Of a stretch of 64,000 bases of DNA, positions 39,588 through 47,651 are shown piece after piece. The stretch comes from Candidatus Nomurabacteria bacterium (lineage in GTDB: Bacteria; Patescibacteriota; Minisyncoccia; Phycocordibacterales; UBA9973), in assembly GCA_023267195.1 (NCBI GenBank), contig JAHFNT010000002.1, positions 23,830 through 87,829 of the forward strand, given 5' to 3'. The notes below the pieces were generated by a model. It ran no database searches. It saw only the letters and a list, made by a program, of their open reading frames with translations, and was not told the DNA's origin. Each line of letters starts with the position of its first letter. Position 1 is the first letter of the stretch. A program made the position numbers and the translations under genes.

Positions 39588-42080
39588 ATGAAACTTAAAA
39601 GCGTCCGACTTTCCCCAAATATCATTCCAACAAACTACCACCTTGAGCTAAAACCAGATCTGGAAAATTTCACTTTTTCCGGCATGGAAACAATTCATCT
39701 TAGTATTTTGCAAAAAACTAGAATAATAACTCTGCATGCCAAAGAAATTGAAATTGATACGGTAGACGTATTGGTCGGGGCAGAAAAAGTTTTCGGTAAA
39801 ATTTCTTACAATAAAAAAAATGAAACAGTCTCTTTTACCTTTCCTAAATTTATTGAAGCTGGACAAGTAAAATTAAACTTAGTTTTCCGGGGAATTTTAA
39901 ACGATAAGATGCGGGGGTTTTATCGCAGTAAATATTTTGTTGACGGAAAAGAATGCCATCTGGCTACTACCCAATTTGAAGCGACGGATGCGCGCAGGGC
40001 TTTCCCCTCTTTTGATGAACCAGCCCAAAAAGCGGTATTTCACATTTCTCTCGTTGTGCCAAAGGGCAAAACTGCGATTTCGAACACCTTACCTATTTCT
40101 GTTCTGGAACATGAATCAGGGTACGAGATAATAAAATTCTTGCCAACTCCTAAAATGTCCACTTATCTTCTTGCTTTTATTATTGGAGATTTTGAATACC
40201 TTGAAGCAAAAACAAAAAATAAAACATTGGTGCGTGTCTTCACCACTCCTGGCAAAAAACATCAAGCCAAATTTGCACTTGAATGTGCGGTGAGAACACT
40301 AGAATTTTATGAAAAATATTTTGCTATTAAATATCCTCTACCGGTTTTAGACATGATCGCTATTCCTGACTTTGCCTCCGGCGCGATGGAGAACTGGGGG
40401 GCTATCACTTATCGCGAAAGCACAATTTTAGTGGATGAAGATCATTCCTCAACTTCCAACAAGCAATGGGTGGCCCTCGTCATCGCGCATGAACTAGCGC
40501 ATCAATGGTTTGGGAATTTAGTGACGATGGAATGGTGGACGCATTTATGGTTAAACGAGGGTTTTGCTTCATATATTGAATATTTAGCAGTTGACAAACT
40601 TTTCCCAAAATGGGATATCTGGACACAATTTGCCACGAATGATCTAGGTGTAGCGCTCAGGCTTGACGCGCTAAAAAATACACACTCGATTGAGGTGGAA
40701 GTGCATCATCCAGACGAAATTGGGGAAATTTTTGATGAAGTTTCTTATTCCAAAGGCGCTTCAATCATCCGCATGCTAGCGAATTATTTGGGGGAAGAAA
40801 ATTTCCGCGATGGTTTACGTCATTATTTAAAAAAGCATAGCTATAAAAATACTGAAACTTTGGATCTTTGGAAAGCATTTGAGAAAGTTTCCGGTAGATC
40901 TGTGACCACTCTGATGCATAACTGGACAAGTAAGCCTGGATACCCTGTTGTGAAAGCAAAAATGATCAATGATGAATTGGCTTTATCGCAAGAAAGATTT
41001 TTTGCTAATCCCAAATCGAAACTCGTCAATAAAGAAAAAACTGTCTGGCAAATTCCCGTATCAATTATGGAAAATGAATATACAAAAGTAAATTTTGGCG
41101 AAACGGGATTTTATCGAACTGCTTATAGTAAAGATCTTCTAGAGAAACTTGAAAAACCAGTACAAAATAAAACACTGAACCCCAGAGACAGACTAGGACT
41201 TATCCGCGACCTTTTTGCCTTAGCTGAAGCTGGAACAATACCGACTATTGATGCTTTAAAATTCTTAAAAGCTTATAAAGAAGAAAATAATTACACTGTT
41301 TGGGTTGAGCTAGCCGCTGGGCTCGCTAGGTTAGAACAGCTTCTTGCTAAAACTCCTGCAAAAGTAAATTTAAATAAACTTATTCTAAATTTATTCTCCC
41401 CTCTTGCGCAGCGTCTTGGTTGGAATAAAAAAGAGGGAGAACATCATACCACTACCCTCCTCCGATCACTAACAATTTCTCGCGCTGGACGAGCTGGTGA
41501 TCAGAAAATAATTACCGAAGCAAAAAATAAATTTCGGGAAATACAAAAAGGCTTACACGTATCACCAGACATCCGCAGCGCTATATATTCTATCATTGCC
41601 ACACATGGAGGTAAAAAAGATTATGAAATGCTAATCAAAAAATATAAAGAAGAAACTTTGCATGAAGAAAAGAATAGAATTGGAAATGTGCTCGGGGATT
41701 TCAAGGATCCAAAAATCCTAGAAAAAGCGTGCAAATTTGCGATGTCCAAAGATGTCCGCATCCAAGACACTATCGGCATTCTTTCGGGCGTCGGAGCAAG
41801 CCCGCTAGGCCGAGACATTTGGTGGAATTTTATTAAGAGAAATTGGCAGACACTCGTTTCACGTTATGGCGAAGGCGGGCTCACCCTCGCGCGCGCAATC
41901 AAAGCCATTAGTGGAAGTGCAGAAAAGAAACATTTAAAATCTTTTAAGCAATTTTTCGCTACGCATACCGCTCCTGGCGCCAAACGCACCATCGAGCAAG
42001 TAATAGAGCGCATTGAAGGCAATATTCTATGGCTCAAGAGAGATAAGAAGGTTATAGAAAATTTTTTGAATAATACCTAA
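39588..42080 (+). CDS. pepN: Aminopeptidase N (M1 family zinc metallopeptidase)
   Basis: GAMENWG exopeptidase motif, the zinc-binding HELAHQWFGNLVTMEWW(18)E motif, and an ERAP1-like C-terminal domain. Confidence 0.9.
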   Translation: MKLKSVRLSPNIIPTNYHLELKPDLENFTFSGMETIHLSILQKTRIITLHAKEIEIDTVDVLVGAEKVFGKISYNKKNETVSFTFPKFIEAGQVKLNLVFRGILNDKMRGFYRSKYFVDGKECHLATTQFEATDARRAFPSFDEPAQKAVFHISLVVPKGKTAISNTLPISVLEHESGYEIIKFLPTPKMSTYLLAFIIGDFEYLEAKTKNKTLVRVFTTPGKKHQAKFALECAVRTLEFYEKYFAIKYPLPVLDMIAIPDFASGAMENWGAITYRESTILVDEDHSSTSNKQWVALVIAHELAHQWFGNLVTMEWWTHLWLNEGFASYIEYLAVDKLFPKWDIWTQFATNDLGVALRLDALKNTHSIEVEVHHPDEIGEIFDEVSYSKGASIIRMLANYLGEENFRDGLRHYLKKHSYKNTETLDLWKAFEKVSGRSVTTLMHNWTSKPGYPVVKAKMINDELALSQERFFANPKSKLVNKEKTVWQIPVSIMENEYTKVNFGETGFYRTAYSKDLLEKLEKPVQNKTLNPRDRLGLIRDLFALAEAGTIPTIDALKFLKAYKEENNYTVWVELAAGLARLEQLLAKTPAKVNLNKLILNLFSPLAQRLGWNKKEGEHHTTTLLRSLTISRAGRAGDQKIITEAKNKFREIQKGLHVSPDIRSAIYSIIATHGGKKDYEMLIKKYKEETLHEEKNRIGNVLGDFKDPKILEKACKFAMSKDVRIQDTIGILSGVGASPLGRDIWWNFIKRNWQTLVSRYGEGGLTLARAIKAISGSAEKKHLKSFKQFFATHTAPGAKRTIEQVIERIEGNILWLKRDKKVIENFLNNT

Positions 42081-42082
42081 AT

Positions 42083-42451
42083 TTATTTTGATTTACTTGC
42101 ATCAATTTTCGCCGCCAGGATAAAATCATTTTCGGAAAGACCGTCGATCGCGTGTGTCGAGAGTTCTAGGAGAACTTTGTTGTAATGAATCTGAATATCT
42201 GGATGATGACCTTCCGCTTCGGCGATTTCAGCGACGTTGTTTATGAAGTTTATCGCACCGATAAAGTCTTTGAATTTAAATTCTTTGGCTATAGTCGCAC
42301 CGAGCCCAGATTCTTGCACTTTTGGTCGTTCATCTTCTGTAAGTTGCCAATCTGGCACCTGTTCCATTAATTTTAAAATCTCCACATGAGAAAGAGGCTT
42401 GGCTCCCCCTTCGCATGGCACACATTTTTTCTCTAATAGATTATTGGACAT
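42083..42451 (-). CDS. Pterin-4-alpha-carbinolamine dehydratase (PCD/DCoH)
   Basis: The N-terminal C-x-x-C-x-G...L and the signature EAEGHHPDIQIHYNKVLLELSTH. Confidence 0.8.
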   Translation of the reverse strand: MSNNLLEKKCVPCEGGAKPLSHVEILKLMEQVPDWQLTEDERPKVQESGLGATIAKEFKFKDFIGAINFINNVAEIAEAEGHHPDIQIHYNKVLLELSTHAIDGLSENDFILAAKIDASKSK

Positions 42452-43352
42452 AATTTTCTCTTAACTTCGCAATCTGATAAATACTAAACACCAAAATAAT
42501 CGCGGCAATCCATTGGGAAACGGAAAGTACTGTATGATTTACAATAAAATCTAAGAGAATAGCGACAAATGGAAAAGTTAATTCAAGAATGGTGGAGATA
42601 TGCACTGGGGTTTTTGCCAATCCTCTATAATAAATAAGAAGTGCAACCATACCCGTAGAAATGGCAATCAGTAGTAGAAATCCAAACTGAGGAAGATTTG
42701 GCATAGCCAAGTTTGCGTCGATAGACTTTCCAAAAATAAATAAAATTGGTAAAGCTATAATAACAGTAAATAGAAATCTATAGAAAGTACTAACCTTGAA
42801 ATCCACCTTGCCTAAAAGCATTTTCGAAAAAGTGGTGGAAGAACCCCAGGCAAAAGCGGCACCAAGGGCATACAAGGCGGCTACGATCGTCCCCTCGCCT
42901 GTCTGTAAATTTACGACACCCTTGGGGAAAGTTACAAAATAAGCCGAAAGGATTGCAAGCAATGCCCATTTGATATATCTCTTATCCAACTTTTCTTTTA
43001 AGAAAATACGCGCCGTGGTGATAGCAAAGATTGGCTGAAGTTTTTGTAATAAAAATACGACAGAGATGGTGATAAAGTGAACTTTCCCGAGGGCAGTCGT
43101 GAACCAAAGTGTCCCAAAAAGTCCACTCAAAACAGCAATCAAAGCAATGAGCCACCATTCGCGCTTGGTCAGTTTGGTTTCTAAAACATATTTAAAAACA
43201 AAAGGAGATAAAACAATTAAGCCAATCAGGTGCTCGAAGAAAATTATGGTGATCGGTGGTAATGTGTAGAGGTGTTGACGAATGAGTCCGTCGAAGGCCC
43301 AGAGCAATGCTGCAATAATTATGAAAACAGGACCCGAGAAATCTTTTAGCAT
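42441..43352 (-). CDS. EamA/DMT-superfamily transporter
   Basis: Ten predicted TM helices arranged as two EamA-like repeats. Confidence 0.6.
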   Translation of the reverse strand: MLKDFSGPVFIIIAALLWAFDGLIRQHLYTLPPITIIFFEHLIGLIVLSPFVFKYVLETKLTKREWWLIALIAVLSGLFGTLWFTTALGKVHFITISVVFLLQKLQPIFAITTARIFLKEKLDKRYIKWALLAILSAYFVTFPKGVVNLQTGEGTIVAALYALGAAFAWGSSTTFSKMLLGKVDFKVSTFYRFLFTVIIALPILFIFGKSIDANLAMPNLPQFGFLLLIAISTGMVALLIYYRGLAKTPVHISTILELTFPFVAILLDFIVNHTVLSVSQWIAAIILVFSIYQIAKLRENYVQ

Positions 43353-43675
43353 AATTTTATATCTTTTTTTATTTGAATAATCAATTCTTCTTCGGTATTA
43401 AATTTTTTAAATTCTCGCAAAAATTTTTTAATTTCTAAAGTCACTTCTTTTCCGTACGCATCGCCATCATATCCTATCAGGTACGCTTCTATTTTCTTGG
43501 CTGGGCCAATAACAATGCCTGCGCGATAAATTTTCCCTTCTAGCTCTCCGACCCCAGCATAAACACCATCCAGCGGAAGCTCTTTCGTGTCCGTCTCTAA
43601 ATTCACTGTAGGAAAACCAATTTTTCTACCATACCCATCACCCTTTATCACTGTGCCGGAAATTGTAAATTTCAT
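43346..43675 (-). CDS. Riboflavin kinase (stand-alone RibF C-terminal-domain homologue)
   Basis: GTVIKGDGYGRKIGFPTVNLE...DGVYAGV...GIVIGP matches the flavokinase-domain pattern. There is no N-terminal FAD-synthetase domain. Confidence 0.65.
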   Translation of the reverse strand: MKFTISGTVIKGDGYGRKIGFPTVNLETDTKELPLDGVYAGVGELEGKIYRAGIVIGPAKKIEAYLIGYDGDAYGKEVTLEIKKFLREFKKFNTEEELIIQIKKDIKLC

Positions 43676-43682
43676 TCAAAAA

Positions 43683-45077
43683 TTATTTAGACAATTTTAT
43701 GCCTAGCTCTTTCAATTGCTTTTCTGTTATCGGTGCTGGAGAACCCATCATTAAATCTTTGCCTTCACCGGTCTTCGGAAACGCAATTACTTCACGAATA
43801 TTTGGTTCGTTTTGCAAAATCATTACAATACGATCGATGCCAGGAGCAAAACCGCCGTGTGGGGGGGCTCCGTAAGTAAACGCTTCGAGCATATGGCCAA
43901 ATTTTTTCCGCTGTTCTTCTTCAGAAATATTTAAAAGTTTGAAAACTTGCTTTTGAATATCTCTCTCATGAATACGAATACTACCAGAAGAAAGTTCGTA
44001 GCCATTTAGTACTAAATCATAAGCATTGGCGCGAATCGAAAATAAATCTTCGCCCTTCCTAAACTTTTCTTTATCTTCCTCTTTTATTGAACAAAACGGA
44101 TGATGTACTGCTTGAAGTTCTCCCTCGTCTGTTTTTTCAAACATGGGAAAATCTAAAACCCACGCAAAAGCAAGCTCGTTCGGGTCATCCTTGTTCACCC
44201 GCATGTCTGGTTTATCTGATTTATACTTTTCCATAGATTCGGCATAAGAAATTCTCGGAAAAGGAATTTGGGTTATTTTTTTCTCTGGATAAACATTTTT
44301 TATCAATTCAATAAACATTGCCTCGGTGTATTCCAGCACTTCTTCTTGAGTTATGAAAGACATCTCAAAATCAAGCTGAGTAAATTCTGGTTGTCTGTCC
44401 CCCCTTGTGTCTTCATCGCGCATACAACGCGCAATTTGAAAATATTTTTCAAATCCAGCCACCATGCAAAGCTGTTTGAACTGTTGTGGAGATTGAGGTA
44501 AAACATAAAAGTTTCCGTTAAAAAGTCTGGACGGGACCACATACTCACGAGAGCCTTCTGGCGTCCCTTTCATTAATATCGGAGTTTCAATTTCAATAAA
44601 ACCATTATCATGCATATATTTACGAAAAAAAGTAATTATTTTATCTCGCATACGAATATTTTTTTGCATTCTTTCGGTACGCAAATCGAGGTATTTATAT
44701 TTCATTCTCAAATCCTCATCTACATTAGAGGTACTCTCATTGATTTGGAAGGGTGCTGTTTCTGCTTTATTTAAAACTTCTACACCAATAACTTCCAGCT
44801 CCACATTTCCATTCAAAACATCCGCTTTTATATTTTTTTCTGGACGTTTATTTACCAGACCGGTAATTTTCAAAACCCACTCTGGCCTTATTTCTTTGGC
44901 TTTTTCTATTGCTTCAGTGTGGCTTGGAAGCGTCACGCATTGCACCTTGCCAGTCATATCTCGCATATCGAAAAATACCATTTTCCCTTGATCCCGCCTC
45001 ACGTCTACCCAGCCCGCAATAATGACTTCTTTGCCAATATGGTCTTTTAAATCTTTTATATATACTCTGTTACGCAT
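43683..45077 (-). CDS. aspS: Aspartyl-tRNA synthetase, short archaeal/eukaryote-like type (no GAD insertion)
   Basis: Class IIb motifs: an OB-fold N-terminus, FRDE-type motif 2 (ARCMRDEDTRGDRQPEFTQLDFEMSF) and motif 3 (GGFAPGIDRIVMIL). At 464 aa it is too short to carry the bacterial GAD domain. Confidence 0.8.
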   Translation of the reverse strand: MRNRVYIKDLKDHIGKEVIIAGWVDVRRDQGKMVFFDMRDMTGKVQCVTLPSHTEAIEKAKEIRPEWVLKITGLVNKRPEKNIKADVLNGNVELEVIGVEVLNKAETAPFQINESTSNVDEDLRMKYKYLDLRTERMQKNIRMRDKIITFFRKYMHDNGFIEIETPILMKGTPEGSREYVVPSRLFNGNFYVLPQSPQQFKQLCMVAGFEKYFQIARCMRDEDTRGDRQPEFTQLDFEMSFITQEEVLEYTEAMFIELIKNVYPEKKITQIPFPRISYAESMEKYKSDKPDMRVNKDDPNELAFAWVLDFPMFEKTDEGELQAVHHPFCSIKEEDKEKFRKGEDLFSIRANAYDLVLNGYELSSGSIRIHERDIQKQVFKLLNISEEEQRKKFGHMLEAFTYGAPPHGGFAPGIDRIVMILQNEPNIREVIAFPKTGEGKDLMMGSPAPITEKQLKELGIKLSK

Positions 45078-45099
45078 AAAATGATTGTAGCATAAAAAA

Positions 45100-46119
45100 T
45101 TAATTTCCGTTGTGCCAAAGTTCGGTTACCGAATCGCCGTTGTGCAAGTTGTCTATAATCTTGGCAAGCAGTTTAGAAGTTTCGATGATTTCAAGTTTTT
45201 TTATTTTTTTCTTGTTTTCCTCTGAAATACAAGAATCACTAAACCAAACAGCCTTGAAAGGCGCCTGGTTTAGATTTTCCACTGCTTCGCCAGAAAGTAT
45301 AGCGTGGGTCGCAGTAAAATATACATCTTTGGCACCATTTTCTTTTAAAGTTTTTAGCGCTTTTACTGCGGTACCGCAAGTGTCTGCCATATCGTCTGGA
45401 ATAATGCAGTTGAAACCTTTCGCCTCCCCGATTACTTCCATGACTTCATTATGATTAATTTTTTTGGGGTCGCGGAATTTATTTATGATAATAATATTTT
45501 CTGGAATTCCTAACTGTTGAGCTAGTTTTCGGCAAGCAGGCGCGGCACCCAAGTCTGGCGCCACGATTTTAAACTTTTCCAAATTAAATTTTTTTGAACG
45601 TATATGTTTTAAAAGAAGATCATTTACGTTTACATCGACAACAGGGATAGTCAGCGGATGCGCATTATAGCTTGAAGGATTATGCAGATGTAAAACTACA
45701 ATCCGATGCGCTCCAGCCATTTGTAAACGCATTGGAACTTTTTGGGAAAGCACAGGTTCTCGATGATTTGAAGGTTTGTCCTGTCTCGCATATGGCAGAC
45801 AAGGCATCACGACAGTAACACGGGCAGGCTCGCCTTGTTTCAAAGCATAAACCAGAGATTCGCATTCATCTAAGTCATTTGCCAATATTTCTTTATTTCC
45901 AAAACGTGGCTGAATAATCAAATAAACATCGCGGTCTCGGACCGACTCGGTATGATGGACTAAATATTCTCCATTTTTAAATTCTTTATAATTAACCGGC
46001 GCCAGCTTATTTTTTAAAAGTTTAGCAACTTTCAGCGCTAGAGTTTGATTGATTCCGTTCGGACTTCCGTATAACTTCAAAGGGTAAGGGTTCAAGTTTA
46101 TCTGATTTCCACTTGTCAT
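45100..46119 (-). CDS. prs: Ribose-phosphate pyrophosphokinase (PRPP synthetase), divergent
   Basis: Tandem PRTase-type domains and the PRPP-binding loop IIPDDMADTCGT. Confidence 0.75.
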   Translation of the reverse strand: MTSGNQINLNPYPLKLYGSPNGINQTLALKVAKLLKNKLAPVNYKEFKNGEYLVHHTESVRDRDVYLIIQPRFGNKEILANDLDECESLVYALKQGEPARVTVVMPCLPYARQDKPSNHREPVLSQKVPMRLQMAGAHRIVVLHLHNPSSYNAHPLTIPVVDVNVNDLLLKHIRSKKFNLEKFKIVAPDLGAAPACRKLAQQLGIPENIIIINKFRDPKKINHNEVMEVIGEAKGFNCIIPDDMADTCGTAVKALKTLKENGAKDVYFTATHAILSGEAVENLNQAPFKAVWFSDSCISEENKKKIKKLEIIETSKLLAKIIDNLHNGDSVTELWHNGN

Positions 46120-46151
46120 ATTAAAAATACTCTAGCATAAAAAAGAAAAAA

Positions 46152-46185
46152 TGGCGACCGGCTTCCGTGAAAGGAAGCTGGCCGC
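46152..46185 (-). terminator. Rho-independent terminator for a minus-strand transcript (GGCGACCGGCUUCC-GUGAAA-GGAAGCUGGCCGCC stem-loop plus U-tract)
   Basis: A 14-bp stem with one mismatch, followed on the minus strand by AUUUUUUCUUUUUU (the plus-strand A-run at 46139-46150), 20 nt upstream of the prs start codon. Coordinates in 46120-46620 may be off by 1 nt relative to the ORF track. Confidence 0.6.
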
Positions 46186-46189
46186 CAAT

Positions 46190-46620
46190 ACCCAGATAGT
46201 GCTGGACGCACAGCGGGGGGCCAGTTCCGCCGATCCGTGGCCCTACCTAAACGGCCAGTAGTGGTACACTCTTCCACCACCTCCCTTTAAGTGTTTTACT
46301 CTTTATGCTCGAATGCGTCGAGCGGCGCTAACTGGGAGAAACGCAGTTCTTGGTATCGAGTTCTACCCTAAGAGAAGCCTCGTCCCTGTTCCCTGTGGGG
46401 TAGCCAAATGTTCCAGTTACCACATTACGACAATCCACACAGGAAAGCATGATGATCCCGGCATGAAGCTTCTCGAGGTAAACCGACTTATTTACGCAAG
46501 AATGTACGCGAGTTTTGGTTTCCACCATTGGTCTACTCCTTTTTCTATTGTCGACGAACTAGGTGTTCTCGCGAAACGAGAACACCAGCCTTCGGTGGCT
46601 GGTGTTTGAGTTGTAAGTTA
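46190..46620 (-). ncRNA. GC-rich (~55-60%) structured transcript unit of unknown identity; contains a 66-aa Cys-containing ORF with an SD (46328..46528, minus strand)
   Basis: GC content is far above the ~35% background. The 5' region carries two partly overlapping stem-loops (46561-46585 GGUGUUCUCG-CGAAA-CGAGAACACC and 46582-46603 CACCAGCC-UUCGGU-GGCUGGUG). AAGGAG lies 8 nt before the ATG of the 66-aa ORF (MVETKTRVHSCVNKS...LSCVDCRN...). A GC-rich 3' region of about 140 nt ends in the terminator at 46152-46185. No RNase P, tmRNA, SRP or tRNA signature motifs were found. Confidence 0.3.
46561..46603 (-). promoter_or_regulatory. Pair of mutually overlapping stem-loops in the 5' leader of the GC-rich minus-strand unit
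   Basis: Stem-loop 1 (46561-46585) and stem-loop 2 (46582-46603) share the 4 nt CACC, so they form alternative, mutually exclusive structures. Both lie upstream of the SD/ATG of the 66-aa ORF. Confidence 0.3.
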
Positions 46621-46779
46621 TGTTTTTGAGTATTTTTACAGCGCAAATATCAGCCTTCGAAGACCTTTGGTAAAGCTGAAAAAGAAATAACTATTTGCTT
46701 GTATGTTGTTTTTATTCACAAGCACAGTATAGCGTATATTTTAAAAAAGACAAATTTAATTTGTGGATAAATTTAAAAT

Positions 46780-46813
46780 CGGCGACCGGTCCCATGAAAG
46801 AAACCAGTCGCCG
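46780..46813 (-). terminator. Second minus-strand terminator hairpin, sequence-related to the one at 46152-46185 (CGGCGACCGG-UCCCAUGAAAGAAA-CCAGUCGCCG)
   Basis: A 10-bp GC-rich stem followed on the minus strand by AUUUUAAAUUUA. Both hairpins share the GGCGACCGG arm and a GAAAG loop core. Confidence 0.5.
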
Positions 46814-46885
46814 ATGCGATGCGGTGGGCCAAGCCGCTTTTACCCCTCCGGCCCTAACGCCACTCAGGATCCCAAAGCATGCGGA

Positions 46886-47062
46886 TCACCTCCCTTCGAT
46901 CCTTGCCTCCGATCCCTTACCAGATAGTCTGAGCTCAGAACGCAGTCTTCTGTTTTCTTCCTTGAGTTGATCAATCTCATTCAACAACTTGTCGATTGCG
47001 TTTCTGAGTCTTTCTCCTTCGGTTTCGCTATTGATCCTGGCAAGCGAAAAGGAATCCCACAT
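46886..47062 (-). CDS. Small coiled-coil protein (58 aa) with strong Shine-Dalgarno sequence, inside GC-rich island B
   Basis: Minus strand: GGAGGTGAAATC-ATG, encoding MWDSFSLARINSETEGERLRNAIDKLLNEIDQLKEENRRLRSELRLSGKGSEARIEGR*. It is absent from the ORF track because it is under 60 aa. Heptad leucines are present, and a GC-rich 3'UTR follows, then the terminator at 46780-46813. Confidence 0.4.
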   Translation of the reverse strand: MWDSFSLARINSETEGERLRNAIDKLLNEIDQLKEENRRLRSELRLSGKGSEARIEGR

Positions 47063-47330
47063 GATTTCACCTCCAAAGAACGAAAATCAGCACTTCGATT
47101 GCGCTGTTTAATTAATTCCTTGTTTGGTTCGGTAGAAAAAAGAAATCAACAGAATAGCGCAAAAGCGGATGGTTTTGCGCCCCACCAAGATTTCGTTAAT
47201 GTATGTATTTTGTAGTTCTGTTTCATATTCATATTCTTTCACACCAATACTCTTGTATCTATGTACTAGTACATGATAACATGATAAAAAAATAATGCAA
47301 ATAATGCATGTGGATAAGTGGGATAAGAAA

Positions 47331-47651
47331 TTATTTACCCAACTTTTTGAACATTAAATTAAAACCGCCATTTTTATTGCGTAATTCACGAGATCCGCGA
47401 GTGACCGTACTAATACCGAGCCCTAAATCCCCCGCTACGGATCTATGGGTCTCTCCTTTATTTAATTTTTTAACTATTTGCCACCTTAAAGCCATAGTTT
47501 CAAATTCTGCGGGAGTAAAAATATCTATCAAGAACTCTGCCATTAAATTTTTATCACCATCAATTTTAGAAAAAACTTCTATTAATTCTTTCTTATATTC
47601 TGAGATTTTTTTGTTAACGTGCCTCATGTTTTGAACTTTAAAAATAATCAA
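47331..47651 (-). CDS. TrpR/YerC-YecD-family (Trp-repressor-like) DNA-binding protein
   Basis: FTPAEFETMALRWQIVKKLNKGETHRSVAGDLGLGISTVTRGSRELRN fits the TrpR-like helix-turn-helix pattern. The gene overlaps the 3' end of trpS. Confidence 0.7.
   Translation of the reverse strand: MIIFKVQNMRHVNKKISEYKKELIEVFSKIDGDKNLMAEFLIDIFTPAEFETMALRWQIVKKLNKGETHRSVAGDLGLGISTVTRGSRELRNKNGGFNLMFKKLGK

Noticed and set aside
46139-46620. Attempted to call the GC-rich island as RNase P RNA, tmRNA, SRP RNA or a tRNA
   Set aside because: No P4 strands (AGGAAAGUCCGG or ACAGAAxCCGGCUUA), no tRNA-like T-arm (GGUUCGAxUCC) or CCA-terminated acceptor, and no SRP domain-IV asymmetric loop pattern could be found on either strand. 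The long perfect hairpin at the 3' end is a terminator rather than a T-arm. The identity is left open.
46875-46900. Plus-strand ...GCGGATCACCTCCCTT resembles the 3' end of 16S rRNA (GGATCACCTCCTT), suggesting an rRNA fragment
   Set aside because: Upstream sequence does not match the conserved 16S helices 44/45 (no GTAACAAGGTAACC or GTCGTAACAAGG). The motif is simply the complement of a perfect Shine-Dalgarno sequence (GGAGGTGA) on the minus strand, where it overlaps the stop of the 58-aa ORF.
46313-47215. Plus-strand ORFs 46313-46609 (98 aa), 46695-46970 (91 aa) and 46967-47215 (82 aa) inside the GC-rich islands
   Set aside because: They have no SD sequences, and two use TTG starts. They run antisense to the better-supported minus-strand units (SD-preceded ORFs and terminators), and their translations are low-complexity Pro/Ser/Ala-rich. 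They are probably artefacts of GC-rich sequence.
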